Counted from the stretch's first letter, positions 16,061 through 27,862 are shown. The stretch is 32,000 bases of DNA from Nitrosococcus oceani ATCC 19707 (GCF_000012805.1 NC_007484.1:2610001-2642000); one strand, 5' to 3'. The notes: generated from the letters alone by a model not told the origin. Numbers and translations: made by a program.

Positions 16061-18883
16061 CTAAGCGAAAGCCCGCTGTTCTCCCCCACCTTCAGTATTC
16101 TCCACACAACGGCTACACAACTCAGGATGATCCTCGTGGCTTCCTACTTCCTCCCGGTGATGCCAACAACGCACGCACTTGGGATAATGGGAGGGGATGA
16201 CCACCGTCCACAGACCGGGCATTTCAGTTTCTAGGGCCTCAACGGGCCGTTTTTGGGCTGGATACACCCGAGCATAGGAGGTAATCAGCACAAAACGGAG
16301 TTCATCGCCGAGTTTCCTCAAAGCCTGATAAAGAGACTCTTCAACATAGAGATCCACCTCCGCATCCAGGGAAGAACCAATTCGTCCTTCTACCCGGACC
16401 CCCTCTAGCACCTTGGCGATGGCCTCCCTCGCTGCCAGTATCACATCCCAAAAAGCACGGCCCCAAGGGGCCTCTTCTCCCAAGGAGGGCAAATCTTCAT
16501 ACCAAGTGGTTAGAAACACCGATTCGCCCCGCTCGCCCGGAAGGTATTGCCAGATTTCATCGGCGGTAAAACTCAACACCGGGGCAAGCCAGCGCACCAA
16601 GGCTTCGGCAATGTGGTACATGGCGGTCTGGGCTGAACGCCGGGCGCGGCTATCCGCCTGGGTTGTGTATTGACGATCTTTGATGATATCGAGATAAATC
16701 GCCCCCATATCCACGGCACAGAAGTTGTGAACCCGTTGATAAATAAGATGGAAGTTATAATCCTCGTAAGCTTGGACAATCTCTCCCTGGAGCAAAGAGG
16801 CTCGATCTAGTGCCCAACGGTCCAGAGCCAGCATGTCTTTAGCTGGCACCCCATGGATGGTTGGATCAAAACCATTCAAATTAGCCAACAGATAACGGGC
16901 AGTATTGCGCATGCGGCGATAAGAATCGGCAATACGCTTCAGGATTTCATCCGAGACATTCATCTCGCCCCGATAGTCGGTAGCCGCCACCCACAGGCGA
17001 AGGATATCCGCCCCCAAACTCCCCATTACTTGTTGCGGCGCCACGACATTACCCTGGGACTTAGACATCTTCTTACCCTTGGCATCCACGGTAAAGCCGT
17101 GGGTCAGCACCATCCGGTAAGGCGCCGTACCCCGTATCGCTACCGAGGTCAACAAGGACGATTGAAACCAACCTCGATGCTGATCAGAGCCCTCCAAATA
17201 GAGATCGGCAGGCACACCCAGTTCTTCCCTCGTCTCCAGAACACAGGTATGAGTCACCCCGGAATCAAACCAAACGTCCAGGGTATCGCCGACCTTCTCA
17301 TAGGCCGGGGCCTGATTGCCCAGCAACTCCTTCGGCTCCAGCTCAAACCAAGCCTCTATCCCCTTCTCTTCTACCCGTCGGGCCACTTCTTCCATAAGCC
17401 GGGGGGTATCCGGGTGCAGTTCGCCGGTTTGGCAATGGACAAACAAGGGGATGGGGGTTCCCCAAGCCCGCTGGCGAGAAATACACCAGTCGGGCCGATT
17501 TTCCACCATACCTTCAATCCGTTGCTGGCCCCAGCCAGGAAGCCAGCGGGTTTTTTTGATTTCCGCAAGAGCCGCGGTGCGCAAACCTTCCCGCTCCATA
17601 TTGATAAACCATTGGGGTGTCGCCCGAAAAATAATGGGAGTTTTATGACGCCAACAATGGGGATAGCTATGCTGAAGGCTCTGCTCCCGGAGCAGATTCC
17701 CTCGTTCCTTGAGGACTTGAATAATGTGATCGTTGGCTTTGAATACCGGCTCGCCGGCAAACAAGGGCGTTTCCGGCAAAAAACAACCATTTCCACCCAC
17801 GGGATTATCGATGGATAACTGGTAGCGATTGCCAACCACGTAATCGTCCTGGCCATGGCCCGGCGCCGTATGGACAGCCCCTGTCCCTGCTTCCAAATTG
17901 ACATGCTCCCCCAGGATGATCGGTACCGTCCGCTCATAAAACGGATGCTGTAATTTCAACCCTTCCAGTTCGTCTCCCTGGCAAGTCGCTAAAATCACGG
18001 CGGACTCCGCGCTATAGCGGGCCAATACTTCCCGGTATAAGCCTTCGGCTAGTAACAGGCGCTCCCGGCCCTGACCGGCGCTGCATTCTACCAAAACATA
18101 TTTCAAAGCGGGATGTAAGGCGACAGCTTGATTGGCCGGCAATGTCCAAGGGGTGGTAGTCCAAATCACCACGCTCATGGGTCCGGCGCCTGGAATTTCC
18201 GCTTTGCAGCGGGCCAGCAACTCCACCTCCTCCACTACTGGGAAACGGACATCGATCGCCGGTGAAGTTTTCTCTTGATACTCGACTTCCGCTTCTGCTA
18301 GAGCGGAGCCACAATCCACGCACCAATGGACGGGTTTCACCCCCTTATGCAGATGCCCCTTCTCGATGATCTTCCCTAATGTGCGGATAACATCCGCCTC
18401 GAACTGGTAATCCATGGTGAGATAGGGATGACACCAATCCCCCAATACCCCCAGGCGCTCAAAGTCCTCGCGCTGAGCATTGACTTGCTTGCGGGCGTAA
18501 TCCCGACAGGCCCGACGGAAGCTGGCTACATCGATTTTTCGCCCCGGTTTACCTACTTTTTTTTCTACATTCAATTCAATAGGCAGGCCATGACAATCCC
18601 AGCCGGGAACATAGGGGGCATCAAAACCACTCAGGGACTTTGATTTCACTATAATGTCTTTTAATATTTTGTTGACGGCATGGCCAATATGAATAGCGCC
18701 ATTGGCATAGGGAGGGCCATCATGGAGAATAAAGCGGGGTCGGCCACGCGCTGCATTCCGCAGCTTCCCATACAGGTCCATTGCTTGCCACCGCTTGAGC
18801 GCCTGGGGTTCACGCTGGGCCAGATTAGCCTTCATGGGAAAGGCGGTCTTAGGGAGATTAAGAGTCTCTTTATATTTCGCCAC
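16061..18883 (-). CDS. ileS: isoleucine--tRNA ligase
   Basis: GTG start. N-terminus [26 protein letters not shown] matches E. coli IleS. HIGH motif ([14 protein letters not shown]), KMSKS (KMSKSQGN) and a C-terminal zinc finger (CVRCWHH...CSRCVEN). 940 aa. Confidence 0.96.
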   Translation of the reverse strand: MAKYKETLNLPKTAFPMKANLAQREPQALKRWQAMDLYGKLRNAARGRPRFILHDGPPYANGAIHIGHAVNKILKDIIVKSKSLSGFDAPYVPGWDCHGLPIELNVEKKVGKPGRKIDVASFRRACRDYARKQVNAQREDFERLGVLGDWCHPYLTMDYQFEADVIRTLGKIIEKGHLHKGVKPVHWCVDCGSALAEAEVEYQEKTSPAIDVRFPVVEEVELLARCKAEIPGAGPMSVVIWTTTPWTLPANQAVALHPALKYVLVECSAGQGRERLLLAEGLYREVLARYSAESAVILATCQGDELEGLKLQHPFYERTVPIILGEHVNLEAGTGAVHTAPGHGQDDYVVGNRYQLSIDNPVGGNGCFLPETPLFAGEPVFKANDHIIQVLKERGNLLREQSLQHSYPHCWRHKTPIIFRATPQWFINMEREGLRTAALAEIKKTRWLPGWGQQRIEGMVENRPDWCISRQRAWGTPIPLFVHCQTGELHPDTPRLMEEVARRVEEKGIEAWFELEPKELLGNQAPAYEKVGDTLDVWFDSGVTHTCVLETREELGVPADLYLEGSDQHRGWFQSSLLTSVAIRGTAPYRMVLTHGFTVDAKGKKMSKSQGNVVAPQQVMGSLGADILRLWVAATDYRGEMNVSDEILKRIADSYRRMRNTARYLLANLNGFDPTIHGVPAKDMLALDRWALDRASLLQGEIVQAYEDYNFHLIYQRVHNFCAVDMGAIYLDIIKDRQYTTQADSRARRSAQTAMYHIAEALVRWLAPVLSFTADEIWQYLPGERGESVFLTTWYEDLPSLGEEAPWGRAFWDVILAAREAIAKVLEGVRVEGRIGSSLDAEVDLYVEESLYQALRKLGDELRFVLITSYARVYPAQKRPVEALETEMPGLWTVVIPSHYPKCVRCWHHREEVGSHEDHPELCSRCVENTEGGGEQRAFA

Positions 18884-18936
18884 GTTTAACCTTTAACCAT
18901 TTAATTCATTATTTTTGGAAAACGACTTTTGAAAGG

Positions 18937-18942
18937 ATTATA
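18937..18942 (-). promoter_or_regulatory. candidate -10 box (perfect TATAAT on the minus strand) about 54 nt upstream of the ileS GTG
   Basis: The minus strand reads ...GGATAAGGGCGGTATAATCCTTTC.... No convincing -35 sits at 17-bp spacing (TTGCAT is 22 nt away), so this is only a candidate. Confidence 0.3.
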
Positions 18943-19066
18943 CCGCCCTTATCCTGCCCCGCCCATGCAAAAAAAGAACCTAATTATCTCAATTCTCTCC
19001 TAAATTAAGTTGATTAAACGCGGTTAAATCTATCCCTTCCAAATAGCCATAGAGAGTATTTTCACC

Positions 19067-19570
19067 ATGTCCCCCCAATCTTTGTCACGACTTCTAACTC
19101 TATTCATTTTAACCGCGGCTCTTGGGAATATTAATGCCGCCGAAATGTTAAGCTTACCCACTCCGCCTCGTGGGATACAAACCCTGGGAGTGGAAGTCAG
19201 CGAGATTCATCAAGACTATAAGCGTTATGGCCTAGATGAGGCGGCACTCGCCGAGCACGTTGCGCAACAATTAAAAAAGGCGGGATTTAAAATAGTGCCC
19301 GTTGAAGAAATCGGGGACTCTCCTGATACCGCCTTATTGCGGGTAAAGCTGGATCTGGTACGATCCTATTTGGGTTACTCCTACGCCCTCTCGGTCAAAC
19401 TGATCCAGAAAATCCAATTAGCCGGTCTCCATGGCCCCCTTACCCCAGTGAGCACCTGGTCCACAGGAGGCAACGGCTTTCTCAGAAGCGGAACGCTACC
19501 TCGTCTCCAAAATTATATAGCTGACGCGGTAAAAGAATTTATAAGAGCTACTAAAGAAGCTAACCATTAA
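19067..19570 (+). CDS. hypothetical exported protein (167 aa)
   Basis: ATG start and a Sec-type signal peptide (LSRLLTLFILTAALGNINA|AE), with no lipobox Cys. No recognisable domain. Confidence 0.6.
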   Translation: MSPQSLSRLLTLFILTAALGNINAAEMLSLPTPPRGIQTLGVEVSEIHQDYKRYGLDEAALAEHVAQQLKKAGFKIVPVEEIGDSPDTALLRVKLDLVRSYLGYSYALSVKLIQKIQLAGLHGPLTPVSTWSTGGNGFLRSGTLPRLQNYIADAVKEFIRATKEANH

Positions 19571-19624
19571 AGGCGCTATTTTTCCCGGTGGCCATGAAAA
19601 TGAAACTATTTAGCCTTACACTTT

Positions 19625-20332
19625 ATGAGTTTTGATCAAATTCTGCTCCCCGGCATATTACGGCGCCGCTACCAGCGGTTTTTTGCTGACGTAGCGCTTG
19701 AAACCGGTGAATCTATCGTGGCCCACTGTCCCAATACGGGATCGATGCGGGGATTAGCCGAACCTGGGCTAGGAGTTTACGTTTCCCGCGCTAACAACCC
19801 CCGCCGTAAACTTGCTTACACACTAGAGCTAGTGGACGCTCACACCAGCCTGGTGGGTGTGCACACGGGCCGCGCTAACATTTTGACGAAAGAAGCCATC
19901 GCAGCAGGGAGAATATCCCAACTCTTAGGCTATGGAGAAATCCGCCAGGAAGTCCGCTACAGCAAAAATTCCCGAATTGATCTTCTCCTGGAAGACCCTT
20001 CTACCCAGCAATGCTGTTACGTGGAAGTCAAAAGCGTCACCCTCAGGCAAGGTGACGGGGCGGCCTGCTTCCCTGATGCCGTCACCACCCGTGGCGCCAA
20101 GCATCTGGATGACTTGGCTGCCACCGTATGTTCCCCCCGCCAGCGGGCGGTCATGTTCTATCTTGTGCAGCGGGAGGATTGCCGCTACTTTACCCCCGCT
20201 GATGATATCGATCCCCGCTATGGCGCTAAGCTCCGCTCCGCTATCGAGCAAGGAGTCGAAATATTGGCCTACGCCTGCCAAGTCTCCTCCCAGGGTATTC
20301 AAGTCACCCAGTCGCTGCCCATCCATTTATAG
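19625..20332 (+). CDS. sfsA: sugar fermentation stimulation protein A homologue (SfsA nuclease-like DNA-binding protein)
   Basis: Aligns along its length with E. coli SfsA: RRYQRFFADV vs QRYKRFLADV; HCPNTGSM; CYVEVKSVTL; FPDAVTTRGAKHL; EQGVEILAY. Confidence 0.9.
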   Translation: MSFDQILLPGILRRRYQRFFADVALETGESIVAHCPNTGSMRGLAEPGLGVYVSRANNPRRKLAYTLELVDAHTSLVGVHTGRANILTKEAIAAGRISQLLGYGEIRQEVRYSKNSRIDLLLEDPSTQQCCYVEVKSVTLRQGDGAACFPDAVTTRGAKHLDDLAATVCSPRQRAVMFYLVQREDCRYFTPADDIDPRYGAKLRSAIEQGVEILAYACQVSSQGIQVTQSLPIHL

Positions 20333-20378
20333 CAGCCAGCCACACTCTCCCCCAAAGAAAGGGAATTTTCAGTCTTAA

Positions 20379-21272
20379 TCAAAGCGGGGCCTCAATTTGA
20401 GCAACCAAGCCGCATAAATAGTCTCTGAAAGGATCGCCTAACTCGGTATGCTTAAGGCCGTACTCCACTGTGGCTTGAAGGTAGCCTAATTTACTGCCAC
20501 AATCATAGCGCTTGCCTTCAAAGCGATAAGCAAACATATACTCCTCGCTTAATAAAGTAGCAAGGGCATCAGTTAATTGAATTTCTCCCCCAACTCCGTG
20601 AGGGGTAGCTTCTAATAGACTGAAAATACGGGGGGTTAAAATATAACGCCCTACCACCGCCAAGGATGAGGGGGCCTCTGCCGGTTCAGGCTTCTCGACA
20701 ATTCCTTCCACTTTGTACTCCCGGTCCTCTGCCAAGCCAGGCTGAATAATACCGTATTGATCGGTGCTGTCAGAAGCGACCTCCTCCACGCCCACTAGGC
20801 TGCAATGATGCTTACTAAATTGCTTCACCATTTGGGAGAGACATCCCTCCATCCCCGCATCAATCAGATCATCAGCAAGGATCACTGCAAAGGGCTCTTC
20901 GCCCACAACTGGCGCGGCACAAAGCACCGCATGCCCTAACCCTAAAGTTTCCTCCTGACGGATATAAACGCAGGTCACATCCCTAGGAATAATGTCCTGT
21001 ACCAACTTGAGTAGCTTGTTTTTACCGCGTCTTTCCAGTTCTGCTTCAAGTTCATAAGCCATATCGAAATGATCAGGAATCGGACGCTTATTCCGCCCAG
21101 TAACAAAAACCATAACCTTGATCCCTGCCTCAACCGCTTCTTCAACCGCATATTGAATGAGAGGCTTATCGACGATTGGCAGCATCTCTTTTGGGTTTGC
21201 TTTGGTCGCGGGAAGGAAACGGGTTCCTAATCCCGCCACAGGGAATACAGCTTTAGTAATGGGTTTTGTCAT
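20379..21272 (-). CDS. galU: UTP--glucose-1-phosphate uridylyltransferase
   Basis: Signature N-terminus [40 protein letters not shown]. About 297 aa. An AGGAG SD lies 6 nt before the ATG, inside the end of the upstream gene. Confidence 0.93.
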   Translation of the reverse strand: MTKPITKAVFPVAGLGTRFLPATKANPKEMLPIVDKPLIQYAVEEAVEAGIKVMVFVTGRNKRPIPDHFDMAYELEAELERRGKNKLLKLVQDIIPRDVTCVYIRQEETLGLGHAVLCAAPVVGEEPFAVILADDLIDAGMEGCLSQMVKQFSKHHCSLVGVEEVASDSTDQYGIIQPGLAEDREYKVEGIVEKPEPAEAPSSLAVVGRYILTPRIFSLLEATPHGVGGEIQLTDALATLLSEEYMFAYRFEGKRYDCGSKLGYLQATVEYGLKHTELGDPFRDYLCGLVAQIEAPL

Positions 21273-21274
21273 CG

Positions 21275-23167
21275 TTAACTCCTGTTGATTGCAATTACTT
21301 TAGAACCCACCTGTTGCAATTTAGCCTCCGCCCTCACCTCCGGCAATAGGCGCGCTAACACCTGCTTCACCTGCCATTCCTCTCCCAGCCCACAGGCTTT
21401 CTCTAACTCATCCAGTCCGCTTTCCAAGCGTCTCCAGTCGGTAGCACCATGCCGTGCTAGCAATATCTTCGGCGATTGGGTAGGTACAGGAGATTCATGG
21501 GCATAAAATAATTCCTCATGGAGTTTTTCCCCCGGCCTCAGCCCCGTATAAATGATTTCTACTGCCGGTTCCTGGCCAGAAAGGCGGATCATTTGCTCAG
21601 CAAGTTCGATAATTTTAACCGACTCGCCCATATCCAGGACGAATATCTCCCCTCCTTTGCCTATCATAGCGGCTTGGGTAATCAAGTGGCATGCCTCGGG
21701 AATAGTCATGAAATAGCGGGTCATTTCGGGATGGGTCACCGTGATCGGCCCACCGGCGGCAATTTGGGCCTGGAATAACGGCACCACGCTCCCTGCTGAT
21801 CCAAGCACATTGCCAAAACGCACGACGATAAACCGAGTTTGGCTGTGTCGGTTAAGATCTTGGCAGAGAAGCTCCGCAACTCGCTTGCTGGTGCCCATCA
21901 CACTCGTTGGATTAACCGCTTTGTCGGTTGAAATCAGGACGAAAGTTCCACAGCCTGCTTGCCTTGCCGCCTCGGCTAAACAGCGGGTTCCAAAAATATT
22001 GTTTCGCACAGCCTGCCGTGCTTGCCTCTCTAGGAGGGGTACATGTTTATAAGCTGCTGCATGGAACACCACCTCTGGCAGATGACGCGCTAGGATCTCC
22101 TTCACACCAGCTTCATCACGCACATCACATAAATAAGCGTGGAGATTGAGAGCCGGGAGTTTCTGCCGCAACTCCTGTTCGAGGCGATAGAGCTTATATT
22201 CGCTATTATCGATGACAATAAGGGAAGCGGGCCCAAGGCGCCCTAATTGCCGGCAAAGTTCGGATCCGATCGATCCTCCTCCGCCACTGACCAACAGGGA
22301 TTTAGCTTCCAAGTCTCGGCGGATATAATCCCAATCCAAAAATATTTCGTCCCGCCCCAATAGATCGTCAATGGCAACTTCTCGAAGCTCCTTGATGCTC
22401 GCCCGACCCGCAACCAAATCTTGCAGACGGGGTAAAGTCCGATAAGGTACTTGGGCCTGCTCACAGAGCGAAACAGCACGGCGCATCTGCTGGTTATTAG
22501 CAGAAGGCATCGCAATCACCACCACATCTGCAGCCATCTCACCCACCTTGGCAGGCAATTGCGCTAACAACCCCACTACTGGAATTCCTCGCACTTGCCG
22601 GCCTATCAGATCAGGCCGATCATCTAGAAAAGCCACCGGCAGGTAGTGCCCCTCCACAAGCATATCACGGACCAGCAAATCACCAGCACGGCCAGCTCCC
22701 AAAATTAAGACTCGTTTTCGATGAGGACTTGCAGCCAGGGTAAGACGGCGATCTTTCCACACCCGGTAGGCAAGCCGGGGACCTGCCAGCAGCAGTAAAG
22801 AAAAGATAGGATAAAGCAGCAATGCACTGCGGGGTACGCCGTTGAGGCGGTTGATAAGAAAAAGCGTTAGCGCAACTAAAAGGGCTCCGTAACCTACGGC
22901 GCGAATGATGTTTAATAAATCAGGAATGCTCGCAAAGCGCCACAAGCCCCGATAAAGCCCTATCCAAATCAAGACGATGCTTTGGACCACCACGATCACC
23001 GGCAAGGTGCTGAGGCAAGTCTCCCAGTCCACCCAATAAGGCGATAAATTGTAACGAATAAGGTAACTTAACACCCAGGCCAAACAGACGGCAGTGACAT
23101 CATGCACAATGACCACGGCCCGTCGCTTTTGGGCCTGCAAAAAAGGGCCGATTTCACGCTTTGGCAC
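21275..23167 (-). CDS. membrane-anchored polysaccharide biosynthesis protein, CapD/WbpM/PglF-type UDP-sugar 4,6-dehydratase
   Basis: GTG start. Four N-terminal TM helices, then two Rossmann regions ([14 protein letters not shown]; [18 protein letters not shown]) and SDR catalytic-region blocks ([21 protein letters not shown]; [14 protein letters not shown]). Confidence 0.88.
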   Translation of the reverse strand: MPKREIGPFLQAQKRRAVVIVHDVTAVCLAWVLSYLIRYNLSPYWVDWETCLSTLPVIVVVQSIVLIWIGLYRGLWRFASIPDLLNIIRAVGYGALLVALTLFLINRLNGVPRSALLLYPIFSLLLLAGPRLAYRVWKDRRLTLAASPHRKRVLILGAGRAGDLLVRDMLVEGHYLPVAFLDDRPDLIGRQVRGIPVVGLLAQLPAKVGEMAADVVVIAMPSANNQQMRRAVSLCEQAQVPYRTLPRLQDLVAGRASIKELREVAIDDLLGRDEIFLDWDYIRRDLEAKSLLVSGGGGSIGSELCRQLGRLGPASLIVIDNSEYKLYRLEQELRQKLPALNLHAYLCDVRDEAGVKEILARHLPEVVFHAAAYKHVPLLERQARQAVRNNIFGTRCLAEAARQAGCGTFVLISTDKAVNPTSVMGTSKRVAELLCQDLNRHSQTRFIVVRFGNVLGSAGSVVPLFQAQIAAGGPITVTHPEMTRYFMTIPEACHLITQAAMIGKGGEIFVLDMGESVKIIELAEQMIRLSGQEPAVEIIYTGLRPGEKLHEELFYAHESPVPTQSPKILLARHGATDWRRLESGLDELEKACGLGEEWQVKQVLARLLPEVRAEAKLQQVGSKVIAINRS

Positions 23168-23200
23168 AGCTTAATCTCTCACTTTCCCATGGGAGAAAAA

Positions 23201-25444
23201 TCACCCTATTGGGACCATTCGCTCCACCTGTTGGAAGCCTCGCGGCAAGGTAAGGCCACGCCGTGCCCGTTCTCCCTGGTAGGGTTCCAGATCCTCTGAC
23301 TTGAGCGTTAAATGCCGCCGCCCCGCAAAAACTTGCAGTGCTCCCCCCTGGGATACAACAGCCAAGGCACGCACCGCCTCCTGTCCCTGGGCAAGGCGGG
23401 TCGATGAAATGTTGATCAGTTTTACCCCCTTGCCACGAGCGATAAAAGGAAGATCTCGGAGTGGAAACAATAGCAGCCGGCCAACATTAGTCGCAACCGC
23501 CACTTGATCCAACTCTCTGTCTGTCACTGGCACCGGAGGAAGGGCTTTTGCCCCCGCAGATACATTTAACACCGCCTTGCCTGCTCGGTTTTTGGTATAT
23601 AAATGTCGTGCTTGGCACAGAAAACCATAACCCGCATTACTGGCCATGAGGTAGAATTCTTCTGGCTCAGCCAATAATATGGCAATGAATTCCGCCCCTG
23701 GAGCAACCTGGAGATGCCCGCTCAACGGTTCTCCTTGGCCCCGAGCCGAAGGTAAGCCATGCGCAGGTAAAGTATAGCTACGACCGGTGGAATCTAAAAA
23801 TATCGCTGACTGATTGCTGCGGCCGCGAGCAGAAGCCCGGTAACTATCACCGGTGCGGTAGCTAAGCGCGGCGGGATTCACATCCTGGCTTTTCGCCGCT
23901 CGCACCCAACCCTTCTCAGATAAAACCACAGTGATAAGCTCTGCCGGCAGTAAGCTTTGCTTATCTAACACTGTGGCAGAGGACCGTTCAACAATAGGTG
24001 AGCGGCGGGCATCACCAAATTTTTTAGCATCCGCAAGCAATTCCTGGCGCAATAAATCTTTTATCCGGGACTCTGAACCTAACATTTTTTCGAGCCCCTT
24101 CCGTTCCGCCGCCAGCGCCTTATTTTCAGCGCGAATTTTGGTTTCTTCCAGTCGAGCTAAATAACGGAGTTTAAGTTCTAAAATAGCTTCTGCTTGGCGA
24201 TCCGAGAGCTTAAATCGTGCCATCAAAACTGGCTTTGGCGCCTCTTCATCCCGAATAATAGCAATCACTTCATCAATATTTAGATAAGCAATCAGCAAGC
24301 CCGCTAAAACTTGCAGGCGATCTTCTACCTTCTCTAAACGATACCGAAAGCGGCGGCGTAGGGTTTCAATTCGAAAATAGAACCATTCCCCCAGCAAATC
24401 ACGAAGGTTTTTCACCTGGGGCCGGCCATCTAGACCGATGACATTGAGGTTGACCCGGTAACTACGTTCCAGATCCGTGGTCGCAAATAGATGGGACATC
24501 ACCGTCTCCACATCCATTCGACGAGCATAGGGTACTAAAACTAAACGAGTGGGATTTTCGTGATCGGACTCATCCCGCAGGTCTGCCAGCATCGGCAGTT
24601 TTTTAGCCTGCATTTGCTGAGCAATTTGCTCTAAAACACGCGCCCCTGAAACTTGATGCGGCAAAGCATTAACCACAATATTGCCCTGCTCCACCATATA
24701 TTGGGCGCGTAGGCGTACGCTTCCCTGTCCTGTCTCATACATCTTCACCAGGGCTGCCGATGGTGTAATGATTTCCGCCTCCGTGGGATAGTCCGGCCCC
24801 GGCAGATACTCGCACAGTTCCGCCACGGTCGCATTCGGATATTTCAATAAATGCAGGCAAGCAGCAGTTACTTCATGGAGATTATGGGGAGGAATATCCG
24901 TGGCCATCCCTACCGCAATCCCCATAGTGCCATTAAGCAATACGTGGGGAACCCGCGCCGGGAGCAAGCGCGGCTCCTGCAAGGTACCATCGAAGTTCGG
25001 CGCCCAGTTGACGGTTCCTTGCCCAACTTCCGATAACAATAGCTCGGCGAAAGGCGCTAAGCGCGCCTCCGTATAGCGCATGGCAGCAAAGGATTTAGGA
25101 TCATCCGGTGAACCCCAATTGCCCTGCCCTGCTATCAAGGGATAACGATAGGAGAATTGTTGGGCCATCAGCACCATGGCTTCGTAACAAGCACTATCTC
25201 CATGGGGATGATATTTTCCTAGCACATCTCCAACGGTACGGGCCGATTTTTTATATTTGGCGCCGGCCGACAATCCCAATTCAGACATGGCGTAAATGAT
25301 ACGGCGTTGTACCGGCTTTAACCCATCTCCAAGGTGGGGGAGCGCCCGGTCCAAAATGACATACATGGAATAATCCAGGTACGCTTTTTCGGCAAACTCT
25401 CCTAGTGGCCGTTCCTCAACATCGGGATTCATGGAAATATTCAT
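23201..25444 (-). CDS. parC: DNA topoisomerase IV subunit A
   Basis: 747 aa, which is ParC length rather than GyrA. N-terminal [19 protein letters not shown] and the active-site Tyr region [11 protein letters not shown]. The ATG overlaps the parE stop (ATGA at 25441-25444). Confidence 0.92.
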   Translation of the reverse strand: MNISMNPDVEERPLGEFAEKAYLDYSMYVILDRALPHLGDGLKPVQRRIIYAMSELGLSAGAKYKKSARTVGDVLGKYHPHGDSACYEAMVLMAQQFSYRYPLIAGQGNWGSPDDPKSFAAMRYTEARLAPFAELLLSEVGQGTVNWAPNFDGTLQEPRLLPARVPHVLLNGTMGIAVGMATDIPPHNLHEVTAACLHLLKYPNATVAELCEYLPGPDYPTEAEIITPSAALVKMYETGQGSVRLRAQYMVEQGNIVVNALPHQVSGARVLEQIAQQMQAKKLPMLADLRDESDHENPTRLVLVPYARRMDVETVMSHLFATTDLERSYRVNLNVIGLDGRPQVKNLRDLLGEWFYFRIETLRRRFRYRLEKVEDRLQVLAGLLIAYLNIDEVIAIIRDEEAPKPVLMARFKLSDRQAEAILELKLRYLARLEETKIRAENKALAAERKGLEKMLGSESRIKDLLRQELLADAKKFGDARRSPIVERSSATVLDKQSLLPAELITVVLSEKGWVRAAKSQDVNPAALSYRTGDSYRASARGRSNQSAIFLDSTGRSYTLPAHGLPSARGQGEPLSGHLQVAPGAEFIAILLAEPEEFYLMASNAGYGFLCQARHLYTKNRAGKAVLNVSAGAKALPPVPVTDRELDQVAVATNVGRLLLFPLRDLPFIARGKGVKLINISSTRLAQGQEAVRALAVVSQGGALQVFAGRRHLTLKSEDLEPYQGERARRGLTLPRGFQQVERMVPIG

Positions 25445-27327
25445 AGCTCGGCTAAATTACCGCTTTCTTCCAGCCATCGCCTGCGATCCGCAGCGCGGCG
25501 CTTGGCTAACAACCGATCCAGCAACTGGTCCGGATCATCATTAGGAGTCACCGTCAAACGCACTAATCGTCGCGTCTCTGGCGCCATGGTAGTCTCCCGC
25601 AACTGCATGGGATTCATCTCTCCCAATCCTTTAAAACGCTGGATATTAATTTTTCCTTTAATTCTTTCAGCAGCAATCCGATCGAGCACTCCTTGTCGTT
25701 CCGCCTCGTCAAGGGCATAGAAAACGCGCTTCCCGACATCGATGCGATAAAGGGGTGGCATCGCCACATAAATGTGGCCCGCCTCAACCAGCGGCCGAAA
25801 ATGCCGAAAGAATAGCGCCGAAAGTAAGGCGGCAATATGGGCGCCATCGGAATCGGCATCAGCAAGAATACAGATTTTACCGTAGCGTAAGCTATCAAGT
25901 TTATCCGAGCCAGGATCTACACCCAGCGCCACCGCAATATTATGCACTTCTTGGGAAGCCAGCACCTGGGCTGAATCTATCTCCCAAGTATTGAGGATTT
26001 TCCCACGAAGGGGCATGATAGCTTGAAATACCCGGTCCCGCCCCTGTTTCGCACTGCCGCCGGCTGAATCCCCCTCCACCAGAAAAAGCTCCGTAAGACT
26101 TACCTCCTGACTGGTGCAGTCCGCTAATTTTCCCGGCAGTGCAGGGCCAGCTTGAATACGCTTGCGAACCACTTTTTTGGCCTGGCGTAAACGCCGCTGG
26201 GCATTGCCAATCGCCAATTCTGCAATCGTCTCTCCAGTGACGACATGCTGATTAAGCCATAGACTAAAAGAATCTTTGACAACTCCAGAAACAAAACTAG
26301 CGCATTCCCGAGAAGACAAGCGTTCTTTAGTTTGCCCAGAAAACTGAGGGTCGAGAAGCTTCACCGAAAGCACATAACTCACTCGATCCCAAACATCATC
26401 CGGGGCCAGTTTTACGCCCTTTGGCAGAAGATTCCGAAACTCACAAAACTCTCGCACTGCCTCCAGCATCCCCGCCCGCAAGCCATTGACATGAGTGCCT
26501 CCCTGGGGCGTTGGAATCAAATTAACGTAGCTTTCCGTCACCACCTCGCCCCCTTCAGGCAACCAAGTAAACGCCCAACAGACTTCTTCAGTATTACCTT
26601 GCATTTCTCCGGTAAAAGGGGGGTCAGGCAAGTACGAGAGCTCTCTTAACTCATCTCTGAGATAAGCTAAAAGTCCCTCTTGGTAACGCCAATTGACCGT
26701 CTCTCCGGTAGCAACATCGCTGAAGGTCACGCAAAGACCGGGGCATAGCACCGCTTTGGCGCGTAAAATATGCTTAAGCCGCGCCACAGCAAATTTAGGG
26801 GTATCGAAAAATACCGGATCTGGCCAGAAACGCAGAACGGTGCCCGTATTGCGCTTACCTACCTTATTGATCGCTTTTAAAGCGGAAACCCGTTCACCAT
26901 TAGCAAAAGCGATATGATATTCACAGCCCTCGCGCCGCACCCAAACCTCCAGGCGCGAGGAAAGGGCGTTCACCACCGAAACCCCTACCCCGTGCAACCC
27001 TCCCGCGAAGCGATAACTTTTAGAAGAGAATTTACCACCCGCATGGAGTCGGGTAAGAATCACCTCTACTCCTGGCAACCGCTCCTCTGGATGCAGATCC
27101 ACTGGCATTCCCCGTCCGTCATCACACACTGTTAAGGAACCATCTGGTTGAAGCACGACATCGATCTGGGTAGCGAATCCTGCAATGGCCTCATCGACGC
27201 TATTATCAATGACCTCCTGAGCCAAATGATTAGGCCGTTGGGTATCGGTATACATTCCTGGCCGCTTGCGTACCGGATCCAAGCCCGTGAGTACTTCTAT
27301 CGCGGCAGCATCGTAATTTCCACTCAT
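25441..27327 (-). CDS. parE: DNA topoisomerase IV subunit B
   Basis: 628 aa, collinear with E. coli ParE from the first residues ([29 protein letters not shown]). GHKL ATPase block ([15 protein letters not shown]) and Toprim block ([19 protein letters not shown]; [12 protein letters not shown]). Confidence 0.94.
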   Translation of the reverse strand: MSGNYDAAAIEVLTGLDPVRKRPGMYTDTQRPNHLAQEVIDNSVDEAIAGFATQIDVVLQPDGSLTVCDDGRGMPVDLHPEERLPGVEVILTRLHAGGKFSSKSYRFAGGLHGVGVSVVNALSSRLEVWVRREGCEYHIAFANGERVSALKAINKVGKRNTGTVLRFWPDPVFFDTPKFAVARLKHILRAKAVLCPGLCVTFSDVATGETVNWRYQEGLLAYLRDELRELSYLPDPPFTGEMQGNTEEVCWAFTWLPEGGEVVTESYVNLIPTPQGGTHVNGLRAGMLEAVREFCEFRNLLPKGVKLAPDDVWDRVSYVLSVKLLDPQFSGQTKERLSSRECASFVSGVVKDSFSLWLNQHVVTGETIAELAIGNAQRRLRQAKKVVRKRIQAGPALPGKLADCTSQEVSLTELFLVEGDSAGGSAKQGRDRVFQAIMPLRGKILNTWEIDSAQVLASQEVHNIAVALGVDPGSDKLDSLRYGKICILADADSDGAHIAALLSALFFRHFRPLVEAGHIYVAMPPLYRIDVGKRVFYALDEAERQGVLDRIAAERIKGKINIQRFKGLGEMNPMQLRETTMAPETRRLVRLTVTPNDDPDQLLDRLLAKRRAADRRRWLEESGNLAEL

Positions 27328-27351
27328 ACTTTTTGCATATAAATTCCTCCT
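27324..27351 (-). promoter_or_regulatory. strong SD (AGGAGG) plus a 4-codon upstream ORF (ATG CAA AAA GTA TGA) whose stop overlaps the parE ATG
   Basis: The minus strand reads GATAGGAGGAATTTATATGCAAAAAGTATGAGTGGA. The SD is 7 nt from the uORF ATG (27338) but 18 nt from the parE ATG (27327). Confidence 0.45.
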
Positions 27352-27510
27352 ATCTCTAGCCTAAACATACCAGAGGGTAAGGAATTTCTAATTAAGGTAG
27401 GATTATTTATCCGTTTATTTTAATTTTCGTACTACCACCCTCAAGGGGCAGAACCCATTTTTACTGGCCGACCAGCCCCAAGGGCTGTTCAATGCTCCTA
27501 TTACCTTACC

Positions 27511-27852
27511 TCATTCTGTATGGCTATGACGATAAGCAATCACCTGCACCCGTTCCAGGGTCACAAGTCCCTCCTCAATAAGAGCGTCCAATTCAGGCAG
27601 GAAGGCAGCAATCCGCTCCGGCTGGTCCACAATCTCGACTACCATGGGTAAATCTTCCGAAAGGCGGAGAATCTTTGCCGTATGGATGCGGCTGTTGGCA
27701 CCAAACCCTAAGGTTCCACGCAGGACAGTAGCCCCGGCCAAACCGTAACGGCGCGCCTCTTCCACAACGACCTCATATAATGGCCGCCCGTGGTATTTAT
27801 CGCTTTCTCCAATGAAAACGCGGAGCAACTCGGCTTCCGATCGTTGCTTCAT
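27511..27852 (-). CDS. DUF190 (PII-like fold) protein, commonly partnered with crcB
   Basis: 113 aa. Typical DUF190 pattern LLRVFIGESDKYHGRPLYEVVVEEARRYGLAGATVLRGTLGFG...LPMVVEIVD. A GGAGG SD lies 5 nt before the ATG, directly after the crcB stop. Confidence 0.8.
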   Translation of the reverse strand: MKQRSEAELLRVFIGESDKYHGRPLYEVVVEEARRYGLAGATVLRGTLGFGANSRIHTAKILRLSEDLPMVVEIVDQPERIAAFLPELDALIEEGLVTLERVQVIAYRHSHTE

Positions 27853-27862
27853 TGCTGCCTCC

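Noticed and set aside
16853-17818. 321-codon ORF antisense to ileS, plus a 188-codon same-strand alternative frame at 17371-17937
   Set aside because: The antisense ORF is in the exact codon-opposed frame, where stops require the sense codons TTA, CTA or TCA. Their avoidance in a well-expressed gene explains the open frame. The translation is Arg/Gly/Pro/His-rich and not protein-like, there is no SD, and ileS homology explains the DNA fully.
19932-20378. 148-codon alternative-frame ORF and a 133-codon antisense ORF inside sfsA
   Set aside because: sfsA aligns with E. coli SfsA over the whole region. The overlapping frames give low-complexity Pro/Ser/Ala-rich products with no start signals.
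27473-27487. CAGCCC-caa-GGGCTG hairpin downstream of DUF190 as a terminator separating crcB-DUF190 from parE
   Set aside because: The stem is only 6 bp with a 3-nt loop and there is no U tract on the minus strand. That is too weak to call.
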